A DNA stretch of 64,000 nt from positions 1-64,000 of IMG/VR virus record IMGVR_UViG_3300018080_008436. One strand, 5' to 3'. This document shows, piece after piece, positions 1 through 9,833 of this stretch; the stretch's first letter is position 1; every line of letters starts with the position of its first letter. A program made the position numbers and the translations under genes. Under the pieces are notes generated by a model, which made no database searches, had not been told where the DNA came from, and saw only the letters and a program-made list of their open reading frames with translations.

Positions 1-720
1 TCATCTTAGGGAACCCCTATTTTTTGGTTTTCTAACTTCAACATCAGGAAGATACATACCACCATACCCATCATCTTTACCAATTGGTTTAGATACAGAC
101 ACTATGTTCTTTAAAGGTATCCTACCTGCCGCCCTTATATAATCATCAGGATCAATCATAAATAAATCTAAACCATCTACGTCAATCGCTAAAACAACAC
201 CAATATGACCACTAGGTATATACTCAGCCGCTGTTTCAGGATAAGGAGATAAATTGATCTGCTCATCCTCTGGAACAATCGCCCCCCTACCATCTGTATC
301 TAAATAACCCTGATCTAATATCCTATGCCAATCCTCTAAAGTAACACCACGATATAAAACCCCACCCGTAATATCAACCCTATACTTAGGACCCAATTCC
401 TTAGTGTAACCTATTATGTCCTTAGTCTTCCTATGACGACGACCCGTATCTTCCATCTCACCTATTATGTTTTCTCTATAATGAGTGGGAATATTGTCAT
501 TGAGAGAATGAAGATCCTTTAAAACTTCATCACGATCTTTAAGCGTTATAGGACTATAACCCTGATTCCGTTTCCGAAACTCTAATAATCGTAATTTGCG
601 CCTGAGAGAATCATACTTCTCATAATCACCCTCTTGATAATTCTTACGTAAATCATCAATCGCTGACTTGAGTCTCTCTATTTCAACATCTAATGAAGAA
701 GCTACACGTATAATTTTCAT
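1..720 (-). CDS. putative ADP-ribosyltransferase-fold protein (Tpt1/DUF952-like C-terminal domain)
   Basis: LYRGVT..W..IL..GYL...INLS....A..Y....VVLAID...IP..I matches the ART-fold pattern. Confidence 0.5.
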   Translation of the reverse strand: MKIIRVASSLDVEIERLKSAIDDLRKNYQEGDYEKYDSLRRKLRLLEFRKRNQGYSPITLKDRDEVLKDLHSLNDNIPTHYRENIIGEMEDTGRRHRKTKDIIGYTKELGPKYRVDITGGVLYRGVTLEDWHRILDQGYLDTDGRGAIVPEDEQINLSPYPETAAEYIPSGHIGVVLAIDVDGLDLFMIDPDDYIRAAGRIPLKNIVSVSKPIGKDDGYGGMYLPDVEVRKPKNRGSLR

Positions 721-745
721 TTTTAGGGAACCCTTATTCGAGCAT

Positions 746-982
746 TTATCTATTATTTAAGGAATCCATTAAATTCTCAAAATTATCTTCTGAAAGAATA
801 GGATAATTACCATCAGGATTTTTGGATATAATACCATAAGGCTTTCTGTCACCAGACCAAACCAACTTTATTGTGTTGTCGAAGATCTTATCAAGAATAC
901 ATTGACTCATTATCTTGCCCTTGATATGAATAACTGTCTCACCCTCTTGAACATTCTGACCTAACATGTCTGTGGCTATCAT
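746..982 (-). CDS. hypothetical protein
   Basis: ORF in minus-strand gene run. Confidence 0.6.
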   Translation of the reverse strand: MIATDMLGQNVQEGETVIHIKGKIMSQCILDKIFDNTIKLVWSGDRKPYGIISKNPDGNYPILSEDNFENLMDSLNNR

Positions 983-1024
983 AAAATAAACCTATGTAAA
1001 AAATAATAAATACATAGTTCTATC

Positions 1025-1381
1025 TTATCCCATCCCTTCCCTTTCTTCCTTCTGTCTATCTGTTTCACCATGGAAAGCTTTGGCCGCATTACTGATTTCT
1101 ATTAAACCCTCATAATGAAGATCTGTTAAAAACTCTGTTCCAATAATTACACCTGGAAAACTTCCATCATCAGCTATTGAAGGATCATTGGACATAATCT
1201 CTAAATACGTATGCCCATTAGAACCAACCTGAATTGTTATATCACAATTACCTAAATTAACCCCTCCATCACTACGACAATTCTCTAAAAAATCATACTT
1301 ATTATCTGAATAACAATACTTACCCTGAGAAAACTCCTTAGTTTCCCTGATAACAGACGTTACTATCCCTACATTAGACAT
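1025..1381 (-). CDS. hypothetical protein
   Basis: ORF with GGAG SD. Confidence 0.65.
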   Translation of the reverse strand: MSNVGIVTSVIRETKEFSQGKYCYSDNKYDFLENCRSDGGVNLGNCDITIQVGSNGHTYLEIMSNDPSIADDGSFPGVIIGTEFLTDLHYEGLIEISNAAKAFHGETDRQKEEREGMG

Positions 1382-1465
1382 ACTAAATCTCCAGTTATAT
1401 AACCATAAGAATATTATACAAAAGCTCTAGGGAACCAATATTTTAGGGAACCCATATACACCTCT

Positions 1466-1510
1466 TTAGTAATTTTTACTAATTTAATATACTTTAGTAA
1501 TTTTTACTAA
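1466..1510. promoter_or_regulatory. paired 17-bp palindrome TTAGTAA-N3-TTACTAA (operator-like)
   Basis: 1466-1482 and 1494-1510, 28-bp period. Confidence 0.6.
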
Positions 1511-1944
1511 TTTAACCCCTTACATGTATACTATTGAGCGTTGCGATTTCACAAGCGAAAATCTTGTGTGGTGTGAAAAAATTTAGGGAACCCTTATTTT
1601 CCTGTGTGAAAAAATTTAGGGAACCCTTATCACCCTGATAGGGTTCAAGGTGGAACCCTTATCGAAGACAAAGAGCTTCACTTTGCCTCAAGGACAAAGA
1701 GCTTCGCAATCTAGTTTTAGGGCACCCCCTACACCTGAAAAAGGTCAAATATTCGGAGGGGGGTGGGGGTACGTTTTCCCATATATAGAACATGCGTTTT
1801 TATATAAAAAATAAAAACAGTAGTACTCTTTTCATAATGCCTGCCGCTGTCCACCTGATTCTGGCAAAAGAAAAACCCCGCCTATCTCTAAGCGGGGTCA
1901 AGTTATTATTAAGTTTGGGATATAGAATCAGGTTAGTTCATACT

Positions 1945-2499
1945 TCATCCTCGTTTGTACAGTCGATGAGCGTTGTATCCTGCTACTTCGTTGTCTTGAG
2001 CAAATTTCCAGTATTTGGTAATGACCTGAGCCGACATGTCCTCATCGTCGATATGCTGGCTCATAAGCGTTACAAACTCAAAGTTGGACTCATCTACGAC
2101 TCCTTGGTCTACTTTGCGCGAGAGGCCGCAATAACGCGCTTCTCCGACCTCTGAAATGAACATCCCAGAGTAGAACCCTGTCAACTCATGCTTGTTAACG
2201 AATTGATCGGCATTGCACCAGATATAGACCGAGTTCTTTTTGGTCTTCAGCAAGGGGACAAACTGTTTGTCAATGCAATACCCTTTCCATCCGTCTTGCC
2301 AATTGAACGCGCCGACGCTAAACAGCCCCTTAGGCGAACCATGACCCATCATCATAATACGATCATGAGAGGCGATAAGTTCTTTGAGTTCTTGAGGGGT
2401 AACGCCCCCTGTTACAACTGTCTTGTCTTGGATATCTTTGTAGATGATTTCCAAGAACTGTGTTGAGTTGTCTTTAGGATGGATGATTAGGGTTGTCAT
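1945..2499 (-). CDS. hypothetical protein, possible caspase/gingipain-like His-Cys fold
   Basis: IMMMGHGS ... YIWCNA; SD and promoter upstream. Confidence 0.6.
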   Translation of the reverse strand: MTTLIIHPKDNSTQFLEIIYKDIQDKTVVTGGVTPQELKELIASHDRIMMMGHGSPKGLFSVGAFNWQDGWKGYCIDKQFVPLLKTKKNSVYIWCNADQFVNKHELTGFYSGMFISEVGEARYCGLSRKVDQGVVDESNFEFVTLMSQHIDDEDMSAQVITKYWKFAQDNEVAGYNAHRLYKRG

Positions 2500-2553
2500 T
2501 TCTTATCTCCTGTTACTATAACATAGCATACCGAGAGAATAAGTCAAATCGAT

Positions 2554-2901
2554 TCAGAACTTAATGTTGTGTTTTTCCATCAATTCTTCCATAAACTTTA
2601 ATTCTTCAACATTCCGTTTCAATTTTTTATGTTTCCGCTTCAACTCTTTGAGATTCTTTACATCCCAATGTAAATCAAAAGCGTATGCAATAGGTCGCTC
2701 ATCCTCTGGGGTATTCGGAAAGAATTTCACATCTTCCCTTGGTTTCCAATCCTTCACTTCATCCCAAGGGACCGTCAGACAAGTTTTATCTTCAAAGACA
2801 CAATGAACGCCGTTATCCCTATGAAAGCCATAGGTCTTGACCAATTCTCCCTCTGGTGTCTCGTAGTAAATTCCCGCTACAAAGTTCTCTTTAGTATTCA
2901 T
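2554..2901 (-). CDS. hypothetical protein
   Basis: Start overlaps upstream stop (TAATG). Confidence 0.65.
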   Translation of the reverse strand: MNTKENFVAGIYYETPEGELVKTYGFHRDNGVHCVFEDKTCLTVPWDEVKDWKPREDVKFFPNTPEDERPIAYAFDLHWDVKNLKELKRKHKKLKRNVEELKFMEELMEKHNIKF

Positions 2902-3116
2902 TAGACGCATCCTCCGCAACATTGGTGACCGCAAGTCTGGCATTCGCCTGCTGTCCAGTTGTCAAGGTCAGCATTTCCGTTTTTAGTTGGTCCGTAATCC
3001 CCTCCGCATTTGGGACAGATACGATAGTTGAAACAGTTTGTATTTTCGCAGGAGACAGGACAATCATTATAATTGTTTTTGATCTCATAGTGAGGTTCGC
3101 ATAAATGGCATTTCAT
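2901..3116 (-). CDS. Cys-rich Zn-binding protein
   Basis: Multiple CxxC; SD AGGAG. Confidence 0.7.
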   Translation of the reverse strand: MKCHLCEPHYEIKNNYNDCPVSCENTNCFNYRICPKCGGDYGPTKNGNADLDNWTAGECQTCGHQCCGGCV

Positions 3117-3349
3117 AGTGTTATCTCCTTTGTTTACTATAACATAGCATACCGAGAGAATAAGTCAAGCTGTCCAGGTGCTTTTCTTTCTTTCGAAAAG
3201 AGTACTACTAAAGTGGTTCAGATCAAGATCTTGATCGATGATCAAAATCAGCAGTATTCTTTTCGGAAATGACAGAAGCCAGAAAAAGGCCCTCAACCGA
3301 AGTCAAGGGCCATTGCGCAATCCCCTCTGGATTTGGGACCTAAATTGTC

Positions 3350-3511
3350 TTAGATTGGCTTATAATGAACCTCTCCGCATTTTGAACAGACAATCTCGTT
3401 TGTCTCGCATGGATGGACATAGCTTTCAAATTCCCGAAAGCAAGTCGAACATTTGAGAACCCAGAGATTCTTTTTGTCGTCATAGCTAATGACTTCAATC
3501 GTTCCGTACAT
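3350..3511 (-). CDS. 53-aa zinc-ribbon protein (not in ORF track)
   Basis: MYGTIEVISYDDKKNLWVLKCSTC...VCSKCGEVHYKPI; SD AAGGAG. Confidence 0.7.
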   Translation of the reverse strand: MYGTIEVISYDDKKNLWVLKCSTCFREFESYVHPCETNEIVCSKCGEVHYKPI

Positions 3512-3535
3512 GGGTATCTCCTTCCGAAAAGAGTA

Positions 3536-3937
3536 CTACTGTTGTGAGTCTTCCCATTCGCGCCATTTTTTGAGGTACTCGCCAGTTTCGGCTCGAATCT
3601 CTTCGACCGTAATGTCGTACCCTTGCAAGGCGTTTACGGTATCCGTAATGTCAAGGGTAATACAAAACTCATGATTCGCCAGTTCTCGATGAATGATAGC
3701 CTTCTTGCCGTTCTCTTCCATGTCCTGAGCGATACCCGCTTTGTGGATCTTTTCCAATCCTTCAAAGAGTTGATCGGCGTTTTCCTTGGGGCAGAAAAGG
3801 CCGTTAATCATCCGAACATAGGTAACGCCCTCTTTTTGTCCTTCGTTGAATTGCTTAATGTTAAAGGCAAAGAACGCACCCATTTCCTTAAGAAGCTTCG
3901 ACTGGGGTTCTTCGATGTACTGGCTAAGATACTTCAT
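3536..3937 (-). CDS. hypothetical phage protein
   Basis: SD AGGAG; stop codon lies inside a repeat arm. Confidence 0.8.
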   Translation of the reverse strand: MKYLSQYIEEPQSKLLKEMGAFFAFNIKQFNEGQKEGVTYVRMINGLFCPKENADQLFEGLEKIHKAGIAQDMEENGKKAIIHRELANHEFCITLDITDTVNALQGYDITVEEIRAETGEYLKKWREWEDSQQ

Positions 3938-3986
3938 CGTTTTCTCCTTTTGAAAAGAGTACTACTGTTGTGAGTTTTTCCATGTT

Positions 3987-4148
3987 TTACCCCAAGTTAT
4001 AGTTATCGGGATTCGGCGGATTTTCAACGTCTCCGGTTGCATAGGCCAACAACTCGACAATGTATTCTTGATTGTCGTCGGCGGTTGTTATTCCGATCTC
4101 TCGGAACTGGAAAAGGACTTGAGCGACTTTTGCTAGGAATTGGTTCAT
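3987..4148 (-). CDS. hypothetical protein
   Basis: SD and promoter upstream. Confidence 0.65.
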   Translation of the reverse strand: MNQFLAKVAQVLFQFREIGITTADDNQEYIVELLAYATGDVENPPNPDNYNLG

Positions 4149-4359
4149 TGTCTTATCTCCTTTGTCTACTTCTAACATAGCTCAAGATAGTGAAAAGTCA
4201 AACCGGTCTCCCGAGTTTTTTCATCTTTCAAAAAGAGTACTACTGTTTCACTTCAGCAGTACTCTTTTCAGAAGGAGGAGAGGGGGAGGGGGGGCAATAA
4301 AAAACCCCCTGCTCAGAAGAACAGGGGGCGGGCTTGGGGGACGCTTGGCGCGTCTTGGG

Positions 4360-4875
4360 TTAGGTAATGGGTTCGGGGGCCATTTCCTCTTCGACTTCGT
4401 CAGCCGTTACGGTATGGAGTTTGCGCAGGTATTCTACGCGAACATTGAAGGTCAAATGACCCTCTTTTGGGGGCCGTTTCTCAGAGGCGATCATTGTATG
4501 CTCGTAGTTCTCTTTGGGGACTTCTTGACCGTTGAGGAAGTATTGCGTTACGGTCTTGACGTTGTCGAAGGTTCCCGACTCCAAACGAACGGCGAGAGTA
4601 CCCGATTTGAGATGCCGTAAGGTCGTCGGATAGTTGACCCATTCATAACCTTTCAGACCTGCATTCTCGGCGGGGAGAGAGCCGTCAACGCGACCATGCT
4701 TGACTTCAAGAATGTTGTCGTACTTGACCGCGATCCGACAGAGCATGAGCGTCCGTTTCGTCAACGGCAGACCCGTATATGCTTTCTTGACCTTGACGGG
4801 GCGTTCCCATTCGACCATGATATTTGCGCCGTTGGGGATGACTTTCAAAGCTTCGTTGAACTGTTCGATTTTCAT
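4360..4875 (-). CDS. hypothetical protein
   Basis: Own promoter and terminator. Confidence 0.8.
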   Translation of the reverse strand: MKIEQFNEALKVIPNGANIMVEWERPVKVKKAYTGLPLTKRTLMLCRIAVKYDNILEVKHGRVDGSLPAENAGLKGYEWVNYPTTLRHLKSGTLAVRLESGTFDNVKTVTQYFLNGQEVPKENYEHTMIASEKRPPKEGHLTFNVRVEYLRKLHTVTADEVEEEMAPEPIT

Positions 4876-5223
4876 TGTTGTTACCCTTTGTTTTGTTGTT
4901 CCCTTGGTAGCCCTTTTGCTGATACCCCTACAGTAGCATCTCTAAAGAGGAAGTCAAGCGCAGTTGTGCGATTTTTTTATTTTCAAAAACAATACTCCTG
5001 TTTCTGTTCAGCAGTACTCTTTTTGAAAACCAGGTGGTTTTCCGCCAGAAAAAAATCGAGAAAAAATTCGAAAAAAATCGGAAATTCTGTCACAGCCGTT
5101 CTGGAGTTATTTCTAAAAAGAGTACTACTGTTTCACTTCAGCAGTAGTCTTTTTGGAATAGCCTCCAGATACCACAAAAAAAGCCCCCGTCCGAAGACGA
5201 GGGCCAGGGCCAGGGGCCAGGGG

Positions 5224-5382
5224 TTAGTTGTTCTTCAAGGCGTTAAGCTTCTTCATTGCGTCAGCGCAGACCTGCTTGTCCTCTGCGGTTGGCTCTTCAA
5301 GACGACCTGCTTTCATGTCTTGCAAGACCTCTTCAGCAATCGCTTCGGGGTTGACGGCGTCGATGAATTCCTGTTCAGTCAT
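5224..5382 (-). CDS. hypothetical protein
   Basis: SD GGGAG, own promoter and terminator. Confidence 0.7.
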   Translation of the reverse strand: MTEQEFIDAVNPEAIAEEVLQDMKAGRLEEPTAEDKQVCADAMKKLNALKNN

Positions 5383-5838
5383 GTTTCTGCTCCCTTGATT
5401 TGTTAGACTGTACTGATAAGATAGCATCTCTGCCTGGGATGTCAAGTCAGATTTCCAAGTAAAATTTTTTGTACTAGCATAAGAAATCTTATGGCTTCGA
5501 GCTACCCCCGCATCCCTTTCAAAAACAGTACTCCTGATTTGATTGAGCAGTACTCTTTTTGTAAGCCAGGTTCAGGCGGAAGGCGATCTGCGGGACAGAA
5601 AAAAGCAAAAAAATCGGAAATCCCTGTCACAGCCGTTCTGGGGCTATTTCTAAAAAGAGTACTACTGTTTCACTTCAGCAGTAGTCTTTTTGTAATCCAG
5701 GTGCTGGAAGGCGAGGGCTTCGGTCAAAGTCATCTGGGAACAAAAAAAGCCCTCGACCAAACGGGGCCGAGGGCTTGACGACGAGGGGAGAATAACCTCG
5801 TCAGCAGAACGGAAGTAGAGAAGAAATGAACAAAGACC

Positions 5839-6120
5839 CTACTTCCGTTTGGAGTCAGCTTTAGGAGGCTTCTGGGGCAACGGAAGCCGAACGGAACATG
5901 CAAGAGCATTAAATGCTTCTCGCGCCGTAAGAGGCTTCATAGGGGTTACAGGAGCGTTGACATAATTTGTTGTTGCTCGTTGATAGAGATTAGTATGCAT
6001 GAGAAGGGGTTCGTTGACATGGTCTTGCCAGTTTGTCATTTCTTGGATCTCCTTGGTTACTGGTCCTACTATGACATAGGTTTGGAAGATGTCAAATCGA
6101 TCTGGGAGATTTTTCTTCAT
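5839..6120 (-). CDS. hypothetical protein (no clear SD; abuts 38-bp site)
   Basis: ORF followed by terminator. Confidence 0.35.
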   Translation of the reverse strand: MKKNLPDRFDIFQTYVIVGPVTKEIQEMTNWQDHVNEPLLMHTNLYQRATTNYVNAPVTPMKPLTAREAFNALACSVRLPLPQKPPKADSKRK

Positions 6121-6496
6121 TTAAAAAGAGTACTCCTAATTTTATTCAGCAGTACTCTTTTTGAAAGCCAGATGCGGGGAAGCCAGATCCGCCAGATTCA
6201 GATGAGGCTGATCTTTCTGTCATGCGCATACATCATTCAGTGGGTAGAGGCGATCCAGGATCGAGTAAGTGTTTTCAAAAAGAGTACTTCTGTTTTAATT
6301 GAGTAGTACTCTTATTGTACGAACTCGCTATCCAGATAGGCTGACCTTCATAAGATTTCTTATATAAATACAAAAATATTTGTCTTTTGCTGTCACGCCT
6401 TCCAGCGGCTCATTTCTAAAAAGAATACTACTGTTTTGATTCAGCAGTACTCTTTTTGGAATCCAGGTGGCACTCGAAGGCTTCGCGGGAACACTA

Positions 6497-6660
6497 AAAA
6501 ACCCCCGATGGGAGGTCGGGGGTTTGTGAGCGGGAGGGTGGACCGCTCTTAGGGCCGAGACGGGTGAGGGTAATCAAGGGGTGGGGAAGCCCGTCTCTAG
6601 GGTTGTCGCATTGCGCGACTGTTGAATTATGTTACCAGTTCATTGCTTGCTCCTTTGTTA
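6497..6660 (-). ncRNA. candidate small RNA / minigene (Met-Asn-Trp-stop) transcription unit
   Basis: Promoter 6666-6693, SD AAGGAG, ATGAACTGGTAA at 6643-6632, three hairpins, terminator. Confidence 0.5.
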
Positions 6661-6712
6661 CTATCAACATAGCATGTTTAGTTTGATTGTCAAATCGTTC
6701 TAGGAAATTTTC

Positions 6713-7438
6713 TTATGCGCATGATAAGTCAAGCTGATATTCCTCGGGTACGTCATCATCACATTCAGTGGGTAGCTGATCCTCAAACCATTTACCAAAC
6801 TTATCAACATGACAGAGCTTGTTTTTGTTCTGGCTTTTGTAGCTCCAGTTACAACCGTTGATGATGTAACCATTACAGTTGAGGTACATTTCTCCTTCGC
6901 TAATACCCCAGTCGTCCAATTCGATTTCTGGGATACAAACCTTTCGGTCTCCCCCATAACCATGTTCTTCTGCAAGACCTTCAATAATGGGTTCGTAGTA
7001 ATATGATTCATGGCTATGCTTCCGACTAAAGAACGTCAAGCCGTCAAGGAGTTCTGTGTCATACATTCCCTCTCCTGCATGAAACTGATCGTTGGATACA
7101 TTGACAGAGCATGAGTCTTTTTCGATACAGTAGTTATACCATTGGAGGCAAGCCACTACGAATTCCTCTGTGATTTTCGCGCCGTTGGTTGCGATGTAGA
7201 AAGAGCCTACATCGACATTATTCTGCCGACAACGAATCAAGGTTTCTTTAATGGCCTTGACATTCAAAGAGGGTTCGCCCCCAGTAAATGTGATTGTACC
7301 GATTGAGGAAACTTGATCGATCAAACTATGGATGTGTTTGATATCGATGGTTTTGTTTTGGGCTTTACCCCGAAGACAGTGGGAACATTGGAACTGACAG
7401 CGTCGGGTAACTTCGATCATCAAATCTCTAACATACAT
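6713..7438 (-). CDS. radical SAM protein
   Basis: CQFQCSHC (CxxxCxxC), TGGEP, ATNG. Confidence 0.9.
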   Translation of the reverse strand: MYVRDLMIEVTRRCQFQCSHCLRGKAQNKTIDIKHIHSLIDQVSSIGTITFTGGEPSLNVKAIKETLIRCRQNNVDVGSFYIATNGAKITEEFVVACLQWYNYCIEKDSCSVNVSNDQFHAGEGMYDTELLDGLTFFSRKHSHESYYYEPIIEGLAEEHGYGGDRKVCIPEIELDDWGISEGEMYLNCNGYIINGCNWSYKSQNKNKLCHVDKFGKWFEDQLPTECDDDVPEEYQLDLSCA

Positions 7439-7675
7439 TGTAGTATCTCCCTTTTTGATTACTTCAACATAGCACAGGTTTTGATGTTGTCAAGTTGAGT
7501 TCTTAGATTTTCTTCACATATGCAGGCGCATTCAGTGGGTAGGTGATGTGCATTCAGTGGGTAGTTCTAGAAAGAGTACTACTAATTTGATTGAGTAGTA
7601 GTCTTTTTGGAAGAGCCTCCAGACACCACAAAAAAAGCCCTCATCCGAAGACGAGGGCGTTAGAGGATTGGTTGT

Positions 7676-7825
7676 TTATGAGAACATATGATACAGATCC
7701 ACGATTTGTTTACGTTTCTTTTGTGGCATGTTATCCCAACAAAGACCAGCATGTTCACGATTCTCTTTGATTCCACCTTTTGCTTGTAGGTAGATGATTG
7801 CTGTGATTCCTTCTTCTCTATCCAT
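7676..7825 (-). CDS. hypothetical protein
   Basis: SD AGGAG. Confidence 0.6.
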   Translation of the reverse strand: MDREEGITAIIYLQAKGGIKENREHAGLCWDNMPQKKRKQIVDLYHMFS

Positions 7826-7851
7826 TGTGATCTCCTGCGCTTTTAAAAAGA

Positions 7852-8277
7852 CTACTCCTGTTTTTGTTTTGGTTTCTTGGCCCACTCGCCAAACTTAGGG
7901 TAATTGATCTTTGGCACTTCTCCATGCCACTCGATTGTTTTGATTCCGTCTTTGAGTTTATAGAACTCTCCAACTATAAAAGGAAATTGAAAATGTTCTT
8001 CATCTCCTTTTTTGCAATATCCTTGATGATGAGGAAGCCACACTAAACGATCTTCCTCAACGGAGTTGAATGCCCATGGTCCAGTATCAGTGACATAGGA
8101 CAACAAGGCTTGTACTCCTTCACCGACAAAGCCCAACATCCCATCTTCATTCCGAACAAGATAATAGTCTTTGATTCGGAATTGATCGTGAGAACATTGC
8201 ACAGGACAAAGAAGTTTCTTTCCAAAGTATTTGTCTGGGAAAGTTTTCTTATAATAACAATGTTTTCGGACTATCAT
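7852..8277 (-). CDS. hypothetical protein
   Basis: ATGA overlap; stop inside repeat arm. Confidence 0.7.
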   Translation of the reverse strand: MIVRKHCYYKKTFPDKYFGKKLLCPVQCSHDQFRIKDYYLVRNEDGMLGFVGEGVQALLSYVTDTGPWAFNSVEEDRLVWLPHHQGYCKKGDEEHFQFPFIVGEFYKLKDGIKTIEWHGEVPKINYPKFGEWAKKPKQKQE

Positions 8278-8687
8278 TTCATCCCCTTGAGCACACATTC
8301 TTCTTTGAGAACTTTGTATGTTACAAATTCGTCTTGTTTTGGTTCTGGGATGGGTTCGTTGAACTCTTCCAACTCATATTGAAATTGTTCTAACTCATCG
8401 TCAGTCCAAGGGATGGTTTTGATTTGGGCAGTCATTTCAATCGTGAAATCCCAAACCTCTCCTTCGTTTTTGCCTTCCGCTTGTTTCAAAACAAACGCAC
8501 AGAAAACTGGAAAGTCCCAGGGGTTGTGAACTTCTTCCAACGTATCTTGAGTTATGGTCTCGCCATCATCGCTAATGGCTACTCGTGCTTTCCCTTTGAA
8601 GGTTCCCAGCTTCCGAAGATGACCCCACGTATCTTCCATTATTTTTGTTTTCTTGCCCATTGCGAAGGCATCAGCAACTACACCCAT
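8274..8687 (-). CDS. hypothetical protein
   Basis: SD GGGAG. Confidence 0.7.
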   Translation of the reverse strand: MGVVADAFAMGKKTKIMEDTWGHLRKLGTFKGKARVAISDDGETITQDTLEEVHNPWDFPVFCAFVLKQAEGKNEGEVWDFTIEMTAQIKTIPWTDDELEQFQYELEEFNEPIPEPKQDEFVTYKVLKEECVLKGMK

Positions 8688-8712
8688 CTTCTTCTCCCTT
8701 TCAAAAAGAGTA

Positions 8713-8946
8713 CTACTGATCTTTTGAGACTTTGACTGTTGTTGTAATTCCCGCCAACGCTCCACATGCTATGAGACCGAAGAGGATGTATTGAGAAAGT
8801 TGATCGGCAGAGATAAGAATTGCTTTAGCTATCTCGTCTTCATAGTTGACAGCTTGTTCAGTCAATGACGGATCAGAATCTCCACAGCCAGTCAAGATTC
8901 CCGCAAAGATAATTACAGCCAGGATGATAATCATATAGCGTTTCAT
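8713..8946 (-). CDS. putative membrane lipoprotein
   Basis: Hydrophobic signal with LTGC lipobox and C-terminal TM segment. Confidence 0.6.
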   Translation of the reverse strand: MKRYMIIILAVIIFAGILTGCGDSDPSLTEQAVNYEDEIAKAILISADQLSQYILFGLIACGALAGITTTVKVSKDQ

Positions 8947-9599
8947 TGTCTTTCTTCCTCTTGTTACTATCAACATAGCATAGATATGGTTGATGTCAAT
9001 CCTATTTAGAAAAAATAAATGAGATCGAGGAGGGTCTCCAGGATCGAGGAGGTATTTCTAAAAAGAGTACTACTGTTTTAATTCTGTAGTACTCTTTTTG
9101 AAAATCCTGGTGTGTATAATCACACTTCTTCACACCTCAAAATCAGGCTTATTATAATAGAATATAATATTATAATACAGAGAGATGAGCTTGATCTTAT
9201 ATAAAAAATAGAAAGAGAGTATATAGAAAGGTATCAAAACAATGGTATCAACACATTAGACACGTAAAGATACACGTGAAGATACACGTGGGCTATTATA
9301 CCAGCACGGGGTTTTCTAAAAAGAGTACTTCTGTTTTGATTGAGTAGTACTCTTTTTGAAAGGTCTGCTGGAACTCGAAGGCGCTTGGCGGGAATGAGAA
9401 ATAAAAAAGCCCTCTCGCAGATTGAGAGGGCTTTGCGCAGAGGAGGGAGGGGCCTCTGCATTGTGGAAAATTGAGGGCCTAAGGTCGGGCCTCAGGAGGG
9501 AGAGCGACCTCCCTAACTTTTCTTGCTAGTCGCTATTGCAATTCAGTCACCTCATTGATTGTTAAATACCTGCGTCCAGCTTCCCTCGGATCAGGAATT

Positions 9600-9827
9600 T
9601 CATCCGATTCGGTCAAGCTCCACCCTGTCTGGAGAAAGTCTTATTTTTCGAACGGCCAGCCGTCCTAGCTTGACATGATCTTCTTGATGCGATCCATATG
9701 TAATGGCAGTTACAGACTTCGCCATCTGCCAATGACCGGCCTTGGGAACCGACTTTGGGAACACCTTGGCCGTCGCATCTTCTTTCGGGGCCATATAGCA
9801 GTTTGAGCCGACTATGACCCCGAACAT
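9600..9827 (-). CDS. hypothetical protein
   Basis: ORF in operon. Confidence 0.5.
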   Translation of the reverse strand: MFGVIVGSNCYMAPKEDATAKVFPKSVPKAGHWQMAKSVTAITYGSHQEDHVKLGRLAVRKIRLSPDRVELDRIG

Positions 9828-9833
9828 CTTTAG

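Larger units (their letters stand above)
6..1728. repeat. TTAGGGAACCC motif cluster
   Basis: Copies at 6, 723, 1443, 1583, 1616; degenerate at 1427, 1718; 27-bp direct repeat 1571-1597/1604-1630. Confidence 0.8.

Noticed and set aside
3350-3937. TAG readthrough or recoding at half-site stops
   Set aside because: Only the 3536 case is in frame with the next gene; at 7852 and 28113 a TAA/TGA follows at once, and code 11 already gives dense gene packing.
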